Made by a program: the position numbers and the translations under genes
Shown here: one piece after another, positions 52,911 through 62,894 of the stretch
Numbering within the stretch: position 1 is the stretch's first letter
How the letters are laid out: every line of letters starts with the position of its first letter
The notes under the pieces: model-generated
The model's input: only the letters and a program-made list of their open reading frames with translations
Told to the model about the DNA's origin: nothing
The model's database searches: none
Origin: Pseudomonadales bacterium
GTDB taxonomy: Bacteria > Pseudomonadota > Gammaproteobacteria > Pseudomonadales > Pseudohongiellaceae
Length of the DNA stretch: 64,000 bases
Assembly: GCA_963666325.1 (NCBI GenBank)
Contig: OY762706.1
Location: 22,656-86,655, forward strand
Direction of reading: 5' to 3'

Positions 52911-55403
52911 ATGGGTATTCAAGCAAAAAGCAGCTATGGCGGTATGATATTACGCAGTCTGTCTTGCCTGGTTCTTGGCGTACTCTCCGCGGCGTCCGCA
53001 CAGGCCCAGGAGGCCGGATTTTCCGCTGCCGAAATGCGGCAGACGGTAAACACCTATTGCCTGGCCTGTCACAACGATTTTCTGCAGGAGGCCGATCTTT
53101 CCCTGCAAAGCGTCGATTTCAGCCGCCCCGGAGAGTACGCCGACGAACTTGAGCGAATGGTCAGGAAGTTGCGGGCGCACATGATGCCGCCGGAGGGCAT
53201 GCCGCGGCCACCTTTCGAAATGTACGAAGTCATGACGTCCTGGCTCGAATCGGAACTCGACGCGGCCTGGGCCGCTAGACCGAATCCGGGCCGGGTGACA
53301 CCGCTACACCGGATGAATCGTTACGAATACAACAACACAATCAACGAGTTACTTGGGATTGATGTCGATGTGATGGAACTCTTGCCGGGCGACCCGACCG
53401 CCGACGGCAGCTTCGACAACATCGCCGCGTCGCTGCCATTTACCACGGCGCATATGGAGCGCTACATGACGGTGGCGCGGCAGGTGACCCGGCTCGCCGT
53501 CGGATTGCCGCCGGCCGTTCCCACGGAATCGACGTACGAAATTCCTCTCTACATGAGCCAGGACTGGCGCCAGAACGACGACATGCCGTTCGGCTCCCGC
53601 GGCGGCGTTTCCGCGGAGCACTATTTCCCGGTGGACGGCGAATACCGCATTAGCGTGCAACTCGAAACCAATTACCAGGATTACATCAAGGGGCTCGGCT
53701 GGGAGCAGATGCTCGAAATCCGGCTCGACGGGCGCTTGCTCGAGCGCTTCAGCATCGGCGGCGACGCGCCGGGCATTCCGGCGCCGGTCAGTTTTACCGG
53801 GACCGGCGAATCCGGCAGTGTCGACTGGGAACAATACATGGTGTACGGGGCGGGCGAGGGGCTTGAGGTGGTCGAGCCCGTTACCGCCGGCCCCCATGTG
53901 GTAACCGCCTCCTATGTACGGCAGCAAGTCGACGAAGAGGGCGTCCCGCAGCCGAATCAGGGCGGCCGGCTGCTGGCGAACGATGAAGTCTATCTCGACT
54001 ACCAGAAAGTCCATGCCATCGAGATCGGCGGGCCGTACGGCGGTCCCGCCGCGAATGTGGATTCGCCGAGCCGGGCGCATATCTTCTCGTGCTATCCAGA
54101 AAACCGGAACGAGGAGGCCGCCTGCGCGAGCGAGATCCTTACGAGCATGGCCAGACGCGCATATCGGCGTCCGGCCACCGGCGAGGATACCAATCTGCTG
54201 CTAGGCTTCTTCAACGAGGGCAGGGAGCAGGGCGGCAGTTTCGATACAGGCATACAATTCGCCCTCGAATATTTGCTTTCCGACCCCGAGTTTCTAGTTC
54301 GCAGCTACGGGGCTCTTTCTCAAACCGGAGGCGCGCAAGCAGGTGGCGTCCATGAACTGAGCGATCTCGAACTGGCTTCACGGCTCTCCTATTTTCTCTG
54401 GAGCAGCGCGCCGGACGAGGAATTGCTGGGTCTGGCCGAAACCGGGCGCTTGTCCGATCCGAACGTATACGCCGGGCAGGCCCGGCGGCTGCTGGCCGAC
54501 CGGCGCGGCGTCGAGACGTTGGTGGAGGATTTCGCCGCCCAATGGCTGAATCTGCGCCGGCTCGACGAGGTAGTGATCAATACCGTTATCTTCCCCGAAT
54601 ACGATGTCAGCCTGATCGAGGCTTTCGAGCGCGAAACCGGGATGTTCATCGCCGATTCCCTGCGCGAGGATGCGAGCATTCTCAATCTGATCGGCGCCGA
54701 TTACACCTTCGTCAACGAACGCCTGGCGCGGCATTACGGCATCGGCGGCGTTTACGGCAGCCGCTTCCGCAAGGCGGAAATTCCCGACACGGGCAAGCGC
54801 GGCGGACTGCTCGGCAATGGCGCATTGCTGACCGTGACATCCTATCCGGGCCGCACGTCGCCGGTATTGCGCGGAAAATGGCTGCTCGACAACATGCTAG
54901 GCACGCCGCCGCCTGCGCCGCCGCCGAATGTGCCGGTGCTGGCCGAGGCCGGTGGAGTCGTGCCGGAATCGATCCGCGAACGACTGGTGCAGCATCGCGA
55001 GGACCCGGTCTGTTCGAGTTGCCACGTGGTCATCGACCCGCTCGGTTTCGCACTGGAGAACTTCGACGTGATCGGCGCCTGGCGCGATTTTGACGAAGCC
55101 GGCAATCCGGTCGATCCCAATGGCAACTATCCGGGCGGGGTCGAGTTCAGCGGTTTTGCCGACTTGCGCGACTGGATGCTCGACCGGCCGGACCAGTTCG
55201 CCCATACCGTAACGGAAAAACTGATGACCTACGCGCTTGGGCGCCGGGTCGAATATTATGACCAGCCGGTGATCCGGCGCATCGTGCGCGAGGCCGCCGA
55301 ACAGGATTACCGCTGGTCCGCGATCGTGCTGGGCATCGTGCAAAGCGAGCCCTTCCGCATGAGCCGTGCCGGAGACGCCGCGCTGGTTTCCGTGACAAAC
55401 TAA
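52911..55403 (+). CDS. PSCyt-type haem-c protein with DUF1587/DUF1592/DUF1595/DUF1588/DUF1585 architecture
   Basis: N-terminal TYCLACHND. ..LASRLSYFLWSSAPDEELL.., ..FAAQWLNLRRL.. and ..CSSCHVVIDPLGFALENFDVIGAWR... Confidence 0.85.
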   Translation: MGIQAKSSYGGMILRSLSCLVLGVLSAASAQAQEAGFSAAEMRQTVNTYCLACHNDFLQEADLSLQSVDFSRPGEYADELERMVRKLRAHMMPPEGMPRPPFEMYEVMTSWLESELDAAWAARPNPGRVTPLHRMNRYEYNNTINELLGIDVDVMELLPGDPTADGSFDNIAASLPFTTAHMERYMTVARQVTRLAVGLPPAVPTESTYEIPLYMSQDWRQNDDMPFGSRGGVSAEHYFPVDGEYRISVQLETNYQDYIKGLGWEQMLEIRLDGRLLERFSIGGDAPGIPAPVSFTGTGESGSVDWEQYMVYGAGEGLEVVEPVTAGPHVVTASYVRQQVDEEGVPQPNQGGRLLANDEVYLDYQKVHAIEIGGPYGGPAANVDSPSRAHIFSCYPENRNEEAACASEILTSMARRAYRRPATGEDTNLLLGFFNEGREQGGSFDTGIQFALEYLLSDPEFLVRSYGALSQTGGAQAGGVHELSDLELASRLSYFLWSSAPDEELLGLAETGRLSDPNVYAGQARRLLADRRGVETLVEDFAAQWLNLRRLDEVVINTVIFPEYDVSLIEAFERETGMFIADSLREDASILNLIGADYTFVNERLARHYGIGGVYGSRFRKAEIPDTGKRGGLLGNGALLTVTSYPGRTSPVLRGKWLLDNMLGTPPPAPPPNVPVLAEAGGVVPESIRERLVQHREDPVCSSCHVVIDPLGFALENFDVIGAWRDFDEAGNPVDPNGNYPGGVEFSGFADLRDWMLDRPDQFAHTVTEKLMTYALGRRVEYYDQPVIRRIVREAAEQDYRWSAIVLGIVQSEPFRMSRAGDAALVSVTN

Positions 55404-55476
55404 GTCACAAGCGGAACTGGCGGATTATTCAGATAGCAGTACAATGACCCGAACAGTCGTGAAAGAGGCTGACAGT

Positions 55477-56814
55477 ATGAAGCTAAGGCAGAAAGCGACT
55501 CCATTCGTGACCGGCAAGTCGCTGTCGCGCCGCAGCTTGCTGAAAGGCGCGGGCGCGGCGCTCGCGCTGCCACTGCTCGACGCCATGGTGCCGGCCCTGG
55601 CCCAGGCCCAGGCTCCCAACCCGGTTCACCGATTCCAGACCGTCTACATTCCCAACGGCATGGCGATGGAATACTGGTCTCCGGCGACCTTCGGCAGGAA
55701 TTTCGAGATGACCCCGGTTCTCCAGCCGCTGGCGAAATACCGGGAGAAAATGCTCGTATTCTCGGGCCTGAAGGCCAACTGGAATAACGCTCACGCTGGC
55801 GCCGGCGGATCCTTTCTCACCGGCGTCACCCGCGGCGGCCGCAACGAGACCGAAATCCTGGCCGACGTTTCCATTGACCAGTTGCTGGCCGACAGGCTCG
55901 GCCGGGAAACCCAGGTCGCCTCGCTCGAATTGTCCGTGGATGCTCCGGCGCTGGCCGGCGCCTGCACCGTCAACCTCAGTTGCGTGTACACCCATACGCT
56001 GTCATGGCGCGGCAAGACCGAACCGCTGCCCACCGAGCACAATCCGCGCGCCGTCTTCGAACGTCTGTTCGGCGACAGCGGCAGTACTGCGAAGGAAGCG
56101 CGCGCGGCGCGGCTGCAGCAGCAGTCAAGCATTCTCGATGCCGTGCTCGACAAACTGGATGCGCTGGAGTCGAAACTGGGCGCAAGCGACCGGCATCTAG
56201 TCGATGGCTATACGGATTCGGTGCGCGATATTGAACGGCGTATACAGAAAGCCGAAGAACAGATCGACATGGAATTGCCGGAACTCGATCAACCCGCGGG
56301 CGTGCCGCCGGTGTTCGAGGATCATATGGCCTTGATGCAGGACTTGCAGGTCCTCGCCCTGCAAACCGATCTGACCCGGGTCATCACCTTCATGATGAGC
56401 AAGGAACAAAGCGCGCGGCCCTATCCGCAAATCGGCGTGCCCGATGCGCATCATCCGCTGTCGCACCACAACAACGCGCCTGAACTGGTCGAGCGCTTGT
56501 CGAAGATCAATACCTATCACGTCAGCCTGTTCACCAACTATCTCGACAAGCTGGCGGCGATTCCCGACGGTGACGGCAGCCTGCTGGACAATATGACGAT
56601 TCTCTACGGCGGCGGGATTTCCAACAGCACTTTACACGCGGGCAATAATTTGCCCGTGCTCCTGCTCGGCGGCGGCGCCGGCTGGCTCCGGGGCGGCGAA
56701 CACCTGCACTATCCCGAAGAGCCGACCATGGCGGATTTCCATCTGACCCTGCTGTCGAAATACGGCATCCATCTCGACCAACTGGGCGGCAGCACCGGGC
56801 CCATTACCATCTGA
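55477..56814 (+). CDS. DUF1552-domain protein (TAT signal)
   Basis: SRRSLLKGAGAALALPLLDAM and ..HHPLSHH... It is the usual partner of DUF1592 proteins. Confidence 0.85.
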   Translation: MKLRQKATPFVTGKSLSRRSLLKGAGAALALPLLDAMVPALAQAQAPNPVHRFQTVYIPNGMAMEYWSPATFGRNFEMTPVLQPLAKYREKMLVFSGLKANWNNAHAGAGGSFLTGVTRGGRNETEILADVSIDQLLADRLGRETQVASLELSVDAPALAGACTVNLSCVYTHTLSWRGKTEPLPTEHNPRAVFERLFGDSGSTAKEARAARLQQQSSILDAVLDKLDALESKLGASDRHLVDGYTDSVRDIERRIQKAEEQIDMELPELDQPAGVPPVFEDHMALMQDLQVLALQTDLTRVITFMMSKEQSARPYPQIGVPDAHHPLSHHNNAPELVERLSKINTYHVSLFTNYLDKLAAIPDGDGSLLDNMTILYGGGISNSTLHAGNNLPVLLLGGGAGWLRGGEHLHYPEEPTMADFHLTLLSKYGIHLDQLGGSTGPITI

Positions 56815-56828
56815 CCGGGCCGGCGATC

Positions 56829-58217
56829 ATGGCAATTCGTGTTTTGCGAACGCCGTCCCTGGTTGCCGCATGCCTGTTCGCGGCGCAAGCCTTTGCCCAG
56901 GTCATGCCGCCCACTGTGGGCGCGGCGAAAGAAGCCGAATGGGAGCGCCTGGCGGCGTTGATCGAAGACGGCATCAATCCCGATGCAATTTACGGAGACG
57001 GCAGCGCCGCCCTGCACTGGGCGAGCTACCATGACAATGCCGATGCCGCCCTTCTGCTGATCGATTCGGGCGCCGGCGTCAACGCCACCACCGACCTTGG
57101 CGCCACCCCGCTCTGGCTTGCCGCGGAAAACGGCAGCCTGGAAATGGCGAACCTGTTACTCGAAGCCGGGGCCAACCCGAACATTGCTCTGCTTTCCGGC
57201 GAAACCATCGTCATGACTGCCGCCCAGAGCGGCAACGGCGAAGTCGTGCGGGCACTGCTCGCCGCCGGCGCCGACCCCAATGTCGCCGTCACCCGCGAAC
57301 AGACCGCGCTCATGTGGGCGGCGAATCGCGGCCATCACGAGGCCGTTGCGGCCCTGATCGAATACGGCGCGGACGTCCACGCCCGCTCGCTCGTGCGCGA
57401 ACAATTCGTCAAGTCGGAAAAGGAGCAGGACAGCCATCCCGTCTACATGTACTGGATCGAGGAAGGCGGCAATACCGCCCTGATGTTCGTCGCCCGCGCC
57501 GGAGACCTGCGCTCGGCGCAACTGCTCGTCACGGCAGGCAGCGAAGTCAACGAAGGCAACGCTTTCGGCACAACCCCGCTAATCATGGCCGTCCATGGCG
57601 GAAATCCGGCCCTGCTCGAAATGCTGCTCGAAGCCGGCGCCGACGTGAACGGCAACGCAGGCCATACCGCCCTGCACGCCGCCGTGCTGCGCGGCAACCT
57701 GGCAGCCGTCGAAGTCCTGCTCGCCCACGGCGCCGACACCGAAACCCTCATCCAGAAGCCGACTCCGGTCCGCCGCCAGACCACCGACTACAATTTCCAC
57801 GACGCCCTGATCGGCTCCACCCCGCTCTGGCTGGCCGCCCGCTTCGCCGAACCCGAAATCATGCAAGCCTTGCTTGCCGCCGGCGCCGACCCCTTCACCG
57901 TCAACAACGTCAGCTACCCCGCCCAGCGCTTCGGCGAAAACTTCATGGCCGAAGAGGGCAACATAAACCTGGTCATGGCGGCCGCCGGCATGGGCCATCG
58001 CCGCCTGCGCCTGAGTTGGGGAACCCCCGAGCGCCGCGCGGGCCAACTCGACCGCAGCCGGGAAGACTTCATCCGCGAATCCATAAGCATCGCCCTCCAG
58101 GCCGGCGTCAACCCCAACCAACCAGACGCCAACGGCCAAACCGCCCTGGCTTTCGCAACAGAACGCGGCTACCCCTCAGTAGTAGCCCTCCTCGAAGCCG
58201 CCGGCGCGCTTGACTGA
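56829..58217 (+). CDS. Secreted ankyrin-repeat protein
   Basis: Signal peptide present. Repeated ..G.TALH.A...G......LL..GA..N.. units throughout the protein. Confidence 0.85.
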   Translation: MAIRVLRTPSLVAACLFAAQAFAQVMPPTVGAAKEAEWERLAALIEDGINPDAIYGDGSAALHWASYHDNADAALLLIDSGAGVNATTDLGATPLWLAAENGSLEMANLLLEAGANPNIALLSGETIVMTAAQSGNGEVVRALLAAGADPNVAVTREQTALMWAANRGHHEAVAALIEYGADVHARSLVREQFVKSEKEQDSHPVYMYWIEEGGNTALMFVARAGDLRSAQLLVTAGSEVNEGNAFGTTPLIMAVHGGNPALLEMLLEAGADVNGNAGHTALHAAVLRGNLAAVEVLLAHGADTETLIQKPTPVRRQTTDYNFHDALIGSTPLWLAARFAEPEIMQALLAAGADPFTVNNVSYPAQRFGENFMAEEGNINLVMAAAGMGHRRLRLSWGTPERRAGQLDRSREDFIRESISIALQAGVNPNQPDANGQTALAFATERGYPSVVALLEAAGALD

Positions 58218-58248
58218 AGCCCATAATCCAACTTTCTGCACGGTATGA

Positions 58249-58364
58249 GTCGTCGCTGGGTCAGAGGGGTGTGCAGCGGGCGTGCGAGGCATGGATGCCG
58301 AGCTCGAAGCCTACACGGACGTATTTACGGCGTCCGCTGTACACCCCTCTGACCCAGCGACGAC
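58249..58364. repeat. 31-bp inverted repeat (1 mismatch) around a 54-bp structured loop
   Basis: GTCGTCGCTGGGTCAGAGGGGTGTGCAGCGG (58249-58279) pairs with CCGCTGTACACCCCTCTGACCCAGCGACGAC (58334-58364). It lies between convergent genes. Confidence 0.9.
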
Positions 58365-58390
58365 GGATCGAAGCCACCGTTCTTAGAAAA

Positions 58391-59950
58391 TCAGTTTCGA
58401 ATAATGCGTTGCTTGGGCCCGGTCTGGGTCGCGGTGATTTTGTATGCCAGTTCTACCCAGTCACACAGTAATGGCCTCGTATCCCGCGGATCGATGATTT
58501 CCTCGATGCCGAAAGCTTCCGCCGTTCGCAGCGGCGAGCGATAGACTTCCATCATGTCTTCCAGTTCCCGGCGCCGGGCATCCGGGTCGGGAGCAGACTC
58601 GATATCGCGCTTGTAAGCCGCCTGCACACCGCCTTCGATCGGCAGCGAACCCCAGTCCGCCGAAGGCCAGGCATAACGCAGATTGAGCCCGCCTGATTTG
58701 CCGTGGCCGGCGCCCGCCACTCCGTAACAGCGGCGAATGATCACCGACACCCAGGGCACCGTGGACTGGTACATCGCCAGCAAGGCGCGGCTGCCGAGCC
58801 GCACCGTGCCGGCGCGTTCGGCCTCGACCCCGATCAGGAAACCCGGATTGTCGACCAGGTTGATTACCGGCAGATGAAAGGTGTCGCAAAGGTCGATGAA
58901 TCGCATCATCTTTTCCGAAGCGTCGGCGTCGACCGCGCCGCCGTGATGGCGGCAGTCGTTGGCCATGACGCCGACAGGCCGGCCATGCATTCGCGCGAGT
59001 CCCACCGCAAGCGCGCGGCCGTATCCCGGGTTGATTTCGAACCAGGAGCCCTGGTCGACGATGGCTTCGATGATGTCGTGCACCGCATACATCTCGCGAC
59101 GGTCCCTGGGAATTACGCTGATCAGCGAATCCTCGCGACGGTCGACCGGATCGTCAGTCGCGCCGCGCGGCGGTGTTTCCCAGACGTTCTGCGGCATGTA
59201 AGAAAGGAATCGTGCGATGAGTTCGAAAGCCTCGTGCTCGGTTTCGACTTCGTTGTCCACGGCGCCGCTGCAATGGGCGTGAATCTGCGAACCGCCGAGT
59301 TCGTTCTTGCCCACCGGCTTGCCGAAACCGCGCTCGACCACCGGCGGGCCGGCGACGAACAACTGGCTGCTGTCTTTTACCATCAGCGAAAAATGGGAAA
59401 TCGTCGCGCGCACCGCGCCGAGTCCCGCCACCGAACCCATGCAGGCGCATACCACCGGCACATGGCCCATCAGTTCCATCGTCGTCTCGAATCCGTGCAG
59501 CGCCGGGATGTAGGAATGACCGACCATTTCCAGCGTTTTCACGCTGCCGCCGCCACCGCTGCCGTCGATCAGGCGAATCAGCGGCAGGCGCATCTCGAGC
59601 GCGTATTTCTCGCCATAGCCGGACTTGTCGCCGACCTTGGCGTCGGCCGCGCCGCCGCGTACGGTAAAGTCGTCGCCGCCGACGACTACTCGTCGGCCAT
59701 TGATGTCCGCGGCGCCGAGTACGAAATTGGTCGGCACGAAGGACTTGCGCTCGCCCTCGTCGTCGTATTCCGCGCGGCCGGCTATGGCGCCGATTTCGTG
59801 GAAACTGCCTTCGTCCACGAGGCCGTCGATACGCTCGCGCACAGTGAGACGATTGTTGTCGTGCTGGCGCTCTACCCGCTCGGCGCCTCCCATCTCCCTG
59901 GCGATGGCTTCCCGCTTGCGCAACTCGTCAATTTCCTTTTGCCAGGACAT
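58391..59950 (-). CDS. Acyl-CoA carboxylase carboxyltransferase (beta) subunit
   Basis: MSWQKEIDELRKRE..RLTVRERIDGLVDEGSFHE.. and ..DGSGGGG.. are present. Start trimmed from 60175 to ATG 59950. Confidence 0.88.
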   Translation of the reverse strand: MSWQKEIDELRKREAIAREMGGAERVERQHDNNRLTVRERIDGLVDEGSFHEIGAIAGRAEYDDEGERKSFVPTNFVLGAADINGRRVVVGGDDFTVRGGAADAKVGDKSGYGEKYALEMRLPLIRLIDGSGGGGSVKTLEMVGHSYIPALHGFETTMELMGHVPVVCACMGSVAGLGAVRATISHFSLMVKDSSQLFVAGPPVVERGFGKPVGKNELGGSQIHAHCSGAVDNEVETEHEAFELIARFLSYMPQNVWETPPRGATDDPVDRREDSLISVIPRDRREMYAVHDIIEAIVDQGSWFEINPGYGRALAVGLARMHGRPVGVMANDCRHHGGAVDADASEKMMRFIDLCDTFHLPVINLVDNPGFLIGVEAERAGTVRLGSRALLAMYQSTVPWVSVIIRRCYGVAGAGHGKSGGLNLRYAWPSADWGSLPIEGGVQAAYKRDIESAPDPDARRRELEDMMEVYRSPLRTAEAFGIEEIIDPRDTRPLLCDWVELAYKITATQTGPKQRIIRN

Positions 59951-59955
59951 TGCGG

Positions 59956-61524
59956 TCAATCCGGTACGCGGCAGGAGAAGTTCGCGGCCTCGTCGGTGCT
60001 GCCACTGCCGTCGTAGACGGCGACCTCCGGATGCGGACAAAGTGGCCGCGAGCGCACCACTTCGCCATCTTCGATCTTGCTCGCGACGATGCTGTCCGGC
60101 GCGATGCCACGTTCCACCCAGTTTTCCAGCGCGGTCAGCGCGTCGAACCGGTCGGGTCCGGGTCCGCCGCGGCAATGCGCCATGCCGGGAACCATGAACA
60201 AGCGGAAAAAGTCCCTGGTGGATGCAAGCGCCGCGTCGCGGCCCGCGTCCGGCATATCGCCCGCGATCACGTCGACCACGTTGTCGAAATAGTTGATGCT
60301 GGCCACCGGAGAGATGTCCGGGTCGCTCCAGCCGTGGTAGACGATGAGCTTGGCGCCGTTGTCGCGCAGCGGGCGCAGGTCGGGGTTATCGGAGTCCACT
60401 TCCGAGCCGACTTTTTCCAGCGCGTATTGCAAGTCTGCATCGTAATCGAAGCTGGTGAAATCCCAGTCCGGATCATCGAACACGAACCAGCGGAAGAAGC
60501 CTTCGCCGCCAAGCCAATGCAAGGATCGGAAAGGCTCGGAACCCGTTACCCAGGTCTCCCAGCCGCCGGGGGCCTCTTCGCCACCTGGCACCAGGCCCGG
60601 ATAGACCAGTTCGCCTGAAGAATCGCGCACGCCGGACCAGATCTTCTCCACCGCGCCGACCTGCTTGGGCGTGAGGCAGGAATCGTTGTCCACGCCGGCA
60701 GGGCACTGCAATTGCCGTGGCTCGAAATCGCAGGCCAGGGGATTCATGATAATGCCGTCTTCAATACCGTCCCGGGCGTCGCAATGCTGGTTCACCGCTT
60801 CGCCGAAGGCGGGCAGCTTGCTCGGCGGAATCCAGGCTTCCTCGTCGGCCAGCATGGCCTGCGAATACCACAAGTGAGCGCCGGCGTAGAAACGCGTCCA
60901 GTCGTTCGCCGGATTGCCCGCGATCAGGCCATCGAAATCATCGGGATAGCGCTGCGCTTCCATCAGGCCCTGCTGGCCGCCCTTGGAGCAGCCTACGTAA
61001 TAGGAGTAGGCGGGCGGTTCGGCATAGAAGGCCTCGGTCAGCGATTTGCCATTGCGCGTGGTCAGATGCAGCGAGCGATGGCCGAAGTCGGCGATCAGAT
61101 CAGGCCGGCCCGAAGCCCAGGATGCATCGAAGGAAATCGGCCCGGCCTCATGGCCGGTGTCGGTGCTCGCCGTGGCGTAACCGCGCCGCAAGGCTCCCGC
61201 CATCGCGGCATAACTGATCGTGCCCGCCATGCCGCCATTGCCCACCCCCTGGTACTTGCCGTTCCAGTCCGTCAGCGGCAGCCAGACTTCAAAACGAATC
61301 GCCGGTTCGGTAACGCCCGCGACCCGGCAGAATGCCGGATGCTGCATGGCGCTGTCCGCGCCCGGCGCGGCAAATGTGTTTTCGGCCTGAATTTCAGCGC
61401 TGGTTAAGCTGGTGCCGGGCAGGTTAGCATCGAGCAATCGTCGGCAATCGGCTTCGCTCGCGGCCAGCACGTGAGGGCTGGTCAGAAGGAACAACAGGGC
61501 AAAAATGATTCGTGACAGTTTCAT
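59956..61524 (-). CDS. Tannase/feruloyl-esterase-family hydrolase, secreted
   Basis: ..FCRVAGV..IRFEVWLP..WNGKYQGVGNGGMAG.. and ..YYVGCSKGGQQG... Signal peptide present. Confidence 0.85.
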   Translation of the reverse strand: MKLSRIIFALLFLLTSPHVLAASEADCRRLLDANLPGTSLTSAEIQAENTFAAPGADSAMQHPAFCRVAGVTEPAIRFEVWLPLTDWNGKYQGVGNGGMAGTISYAAMAGALRRGYATASTDTGHEAGPISFDASWASGRPDLIADFGHRSLHLTTRNGKSLTEAFYAEPPAYSYYVGCSKGGQQGLMEAQRYPDDFDGLIAGNPANDWTRFYAGAHLWYSQAMLADEEAWIPPSKLPAFGEAVNQHCDARDGIEDGIIMNPLACDFEPRQLQCPAGVDNDSCLTPKQVGAVEKIWSGVRDSSGELVYPGLVPGGEEAPGGWETWVTGSEPFRSLHWLGGEGFFRWFVFDDPDWDFTSFDYDADLQYALEKVGSEVDSDNPDLRPLRDNGAKLIVYHGWSDPDISPVASINYFDNVVDVIAGDMPDAGRDAALASTRDFFRLFMVPGMAHCRGGPGPDRFDALTALENWVERGIAPDSIVASKIEDGEVVRSRPLCPHPEVAVYDGSGSTDEAANFSCRVPD

Positions 61525-61537
61525 AGAGGCTCCACTC

Positions 61538-62290
61538 ATGAATTTTCAACAGTCAGTGACGGCTTGCTTGCGCAAGTATGCAACATTTGGCCGCCGGGCT
61601 TCACGTATCGATTTCGCCAAAAGGTTTACATTGTGGTTGCTTGTCGCAGTCTTGTTGCATGGCTGTGCCTCGATGTCGGAAGCGGAGTGCCTGAACGCGG
61701 ACTGGACGGTAGTCGGCGAAATAGACGGTCAGCAGGGAAGGGCGCTGTCGGTGCTCGATAACTACCGGCGCGACTGCGCGGATTACGGAATCGTTCCGAA
61801 TACGCAGGAGTACCTGGCCGGACGCGAGAGCGGCCTGATGTTGTATTGCACCCGGGACAACGGTTATCGAGAAGGCCGGTCGGGCACGCATCTGGAAGCT
61901 GATTGCCCGGCCGCGCTGGCCGCCGATTTTCAACGCGGCTACCAATTGGGCCAGGATGTGTACAACTCGCTGAGCAACCTCAGACTCAGCGCGGATTCGA
62001 TTCGCTCCAATCGCGCCGAACTCGATGATCTGCGCACTCGCAGAACAGCACAGGAAAGGTCACTGGAGGAGGACGAGCTCACCGACGAGGAAGCGGCGGC
62101 AAAACGCGACGACATCGCCTCGATGAGCGACCGTATCGACGACTTGCGAGACGAAGTCGTCGTTTCCGCCGCCGCGCTCGGCATCGCGCTCGTCCGCTAT
62201 CGCGACGCGGTAGGCGCCGCGAGACTCGAAGGCTTCTACGAACCCTTCGAAGACGAACTACTCAGGGAAGTGCAGCTTTTCGTGCAGTGA
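61538..62290 (+). CDS. DUF2799-domain lipoprotein with C-terminal coiled coil
   Basis: Lipobox LLHGCAS. Repeated C..DW..G..DG..G and YC...NGY..G motifs. Confidence 0.75.
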   Translation: MNFQQSVTACLRKYATFGRRASRIDFAKRFTLWLLVAVLLHGCASMSEAECLNADWTVVGEIDGQQGRALSVLDNYRRDCADYGIVPNTQEYLAGRESGLMLYCTRDNGYREGRSGTHLEADCPAALAADFQRGYQLGQDVYNSLSNLRLSADSIRSNRAELDDLRTRRTAQERSLEEDELTDEEAAAKRDDIASMSDRIDDLRDEVVVSAAALGIALVRYRDAVGAARLEGFYEPFEDELLREVQLFVQ

Positions 62291-62386
62291 AAATACACTG
62301 TCGAAATTCCCTTATCGCAGTAGTGCGCAGCAAGCGACATTACACTATAGTCGCGTACACGGAATTCATGTGAAAGGGGCGGGGTC

Positions 62387-62614
62387 ATGAAATGTATTAC
62401 CTTAAGAGCCGATAAGCATCTGATAGAGGAAGCCCGCAAGCGGGCTGCGAGCGAGCATACGACGCTTAATGCGAGATTTCGCGAGTGGCTCGAAGAATAC
62501 GTGCAGCCCCGGCGGCAAGTGGGAGACGCTATGGCTACCATCAGGGAACTGCGCAGCAAGTATTCGACGGAAGGACGAAGGTTTAACAAAGAAGAAATGA
62601 ACGAGCGTCGATAA
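62387..62614 (+). CDS. Small ribbon-helix-helix-like (antitoxin-like) protein
   Basis: MKCITLRADKHLIEEARKRAASEHTTLNARFREWLEEYV. 75 aa. Confidence 0.5.
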   Translation: MKCITLRADKHLIEEARKRAASEHTTLNARFREWLEEYVQPRRQVGDAMATIRELRSKYSTEGRRFNKEEMNERR

Positions 62615-62634
62615 CCTCAGTCTGCTGGATACCA

Positions 62635-62850
62635 ATGTCCGGAACCGAAATCATATTCGAAATTACCGAAGACAAAGTCGACGGCGGATATTCAGCAAGC
62701 GCGCTGGGTTACGGGATACACACCCAGGGTGACTCCCTCGACGAGATCCGCCGCAACGTCAAGGAAGCATTTGACTGCTACTTCGACGAAACGATGGAGC
62801 GCCCGAACATCATTAGATTGCATTTCGTGCTAGGAGTCTGTCGGATTTAG
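62635..62850 (+). CDS. HicB-like (UPF0150) antitoxin-domain protein, 3' end possibly altered by IS insertion
   Basis: IIFEITEDKVDGGYSASALGYGIHTQGDSLDEIRRNVKEAFDCYFDE..IIRLHFV. The tail LGVCRI* looks non-homologous. Confidence 0.6.
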   Translation: MSGTEIIFEITEDKVDGGYSASALGYGIHTQGDSLDEIRRNVKEAFDCYFDETMERPNIIRLHFVLGVCRI

Positions 62851-62894
62851 ATTGAGGTAGAATCGTATTCAGATTGTAGCGGGGTGCTTATCCG

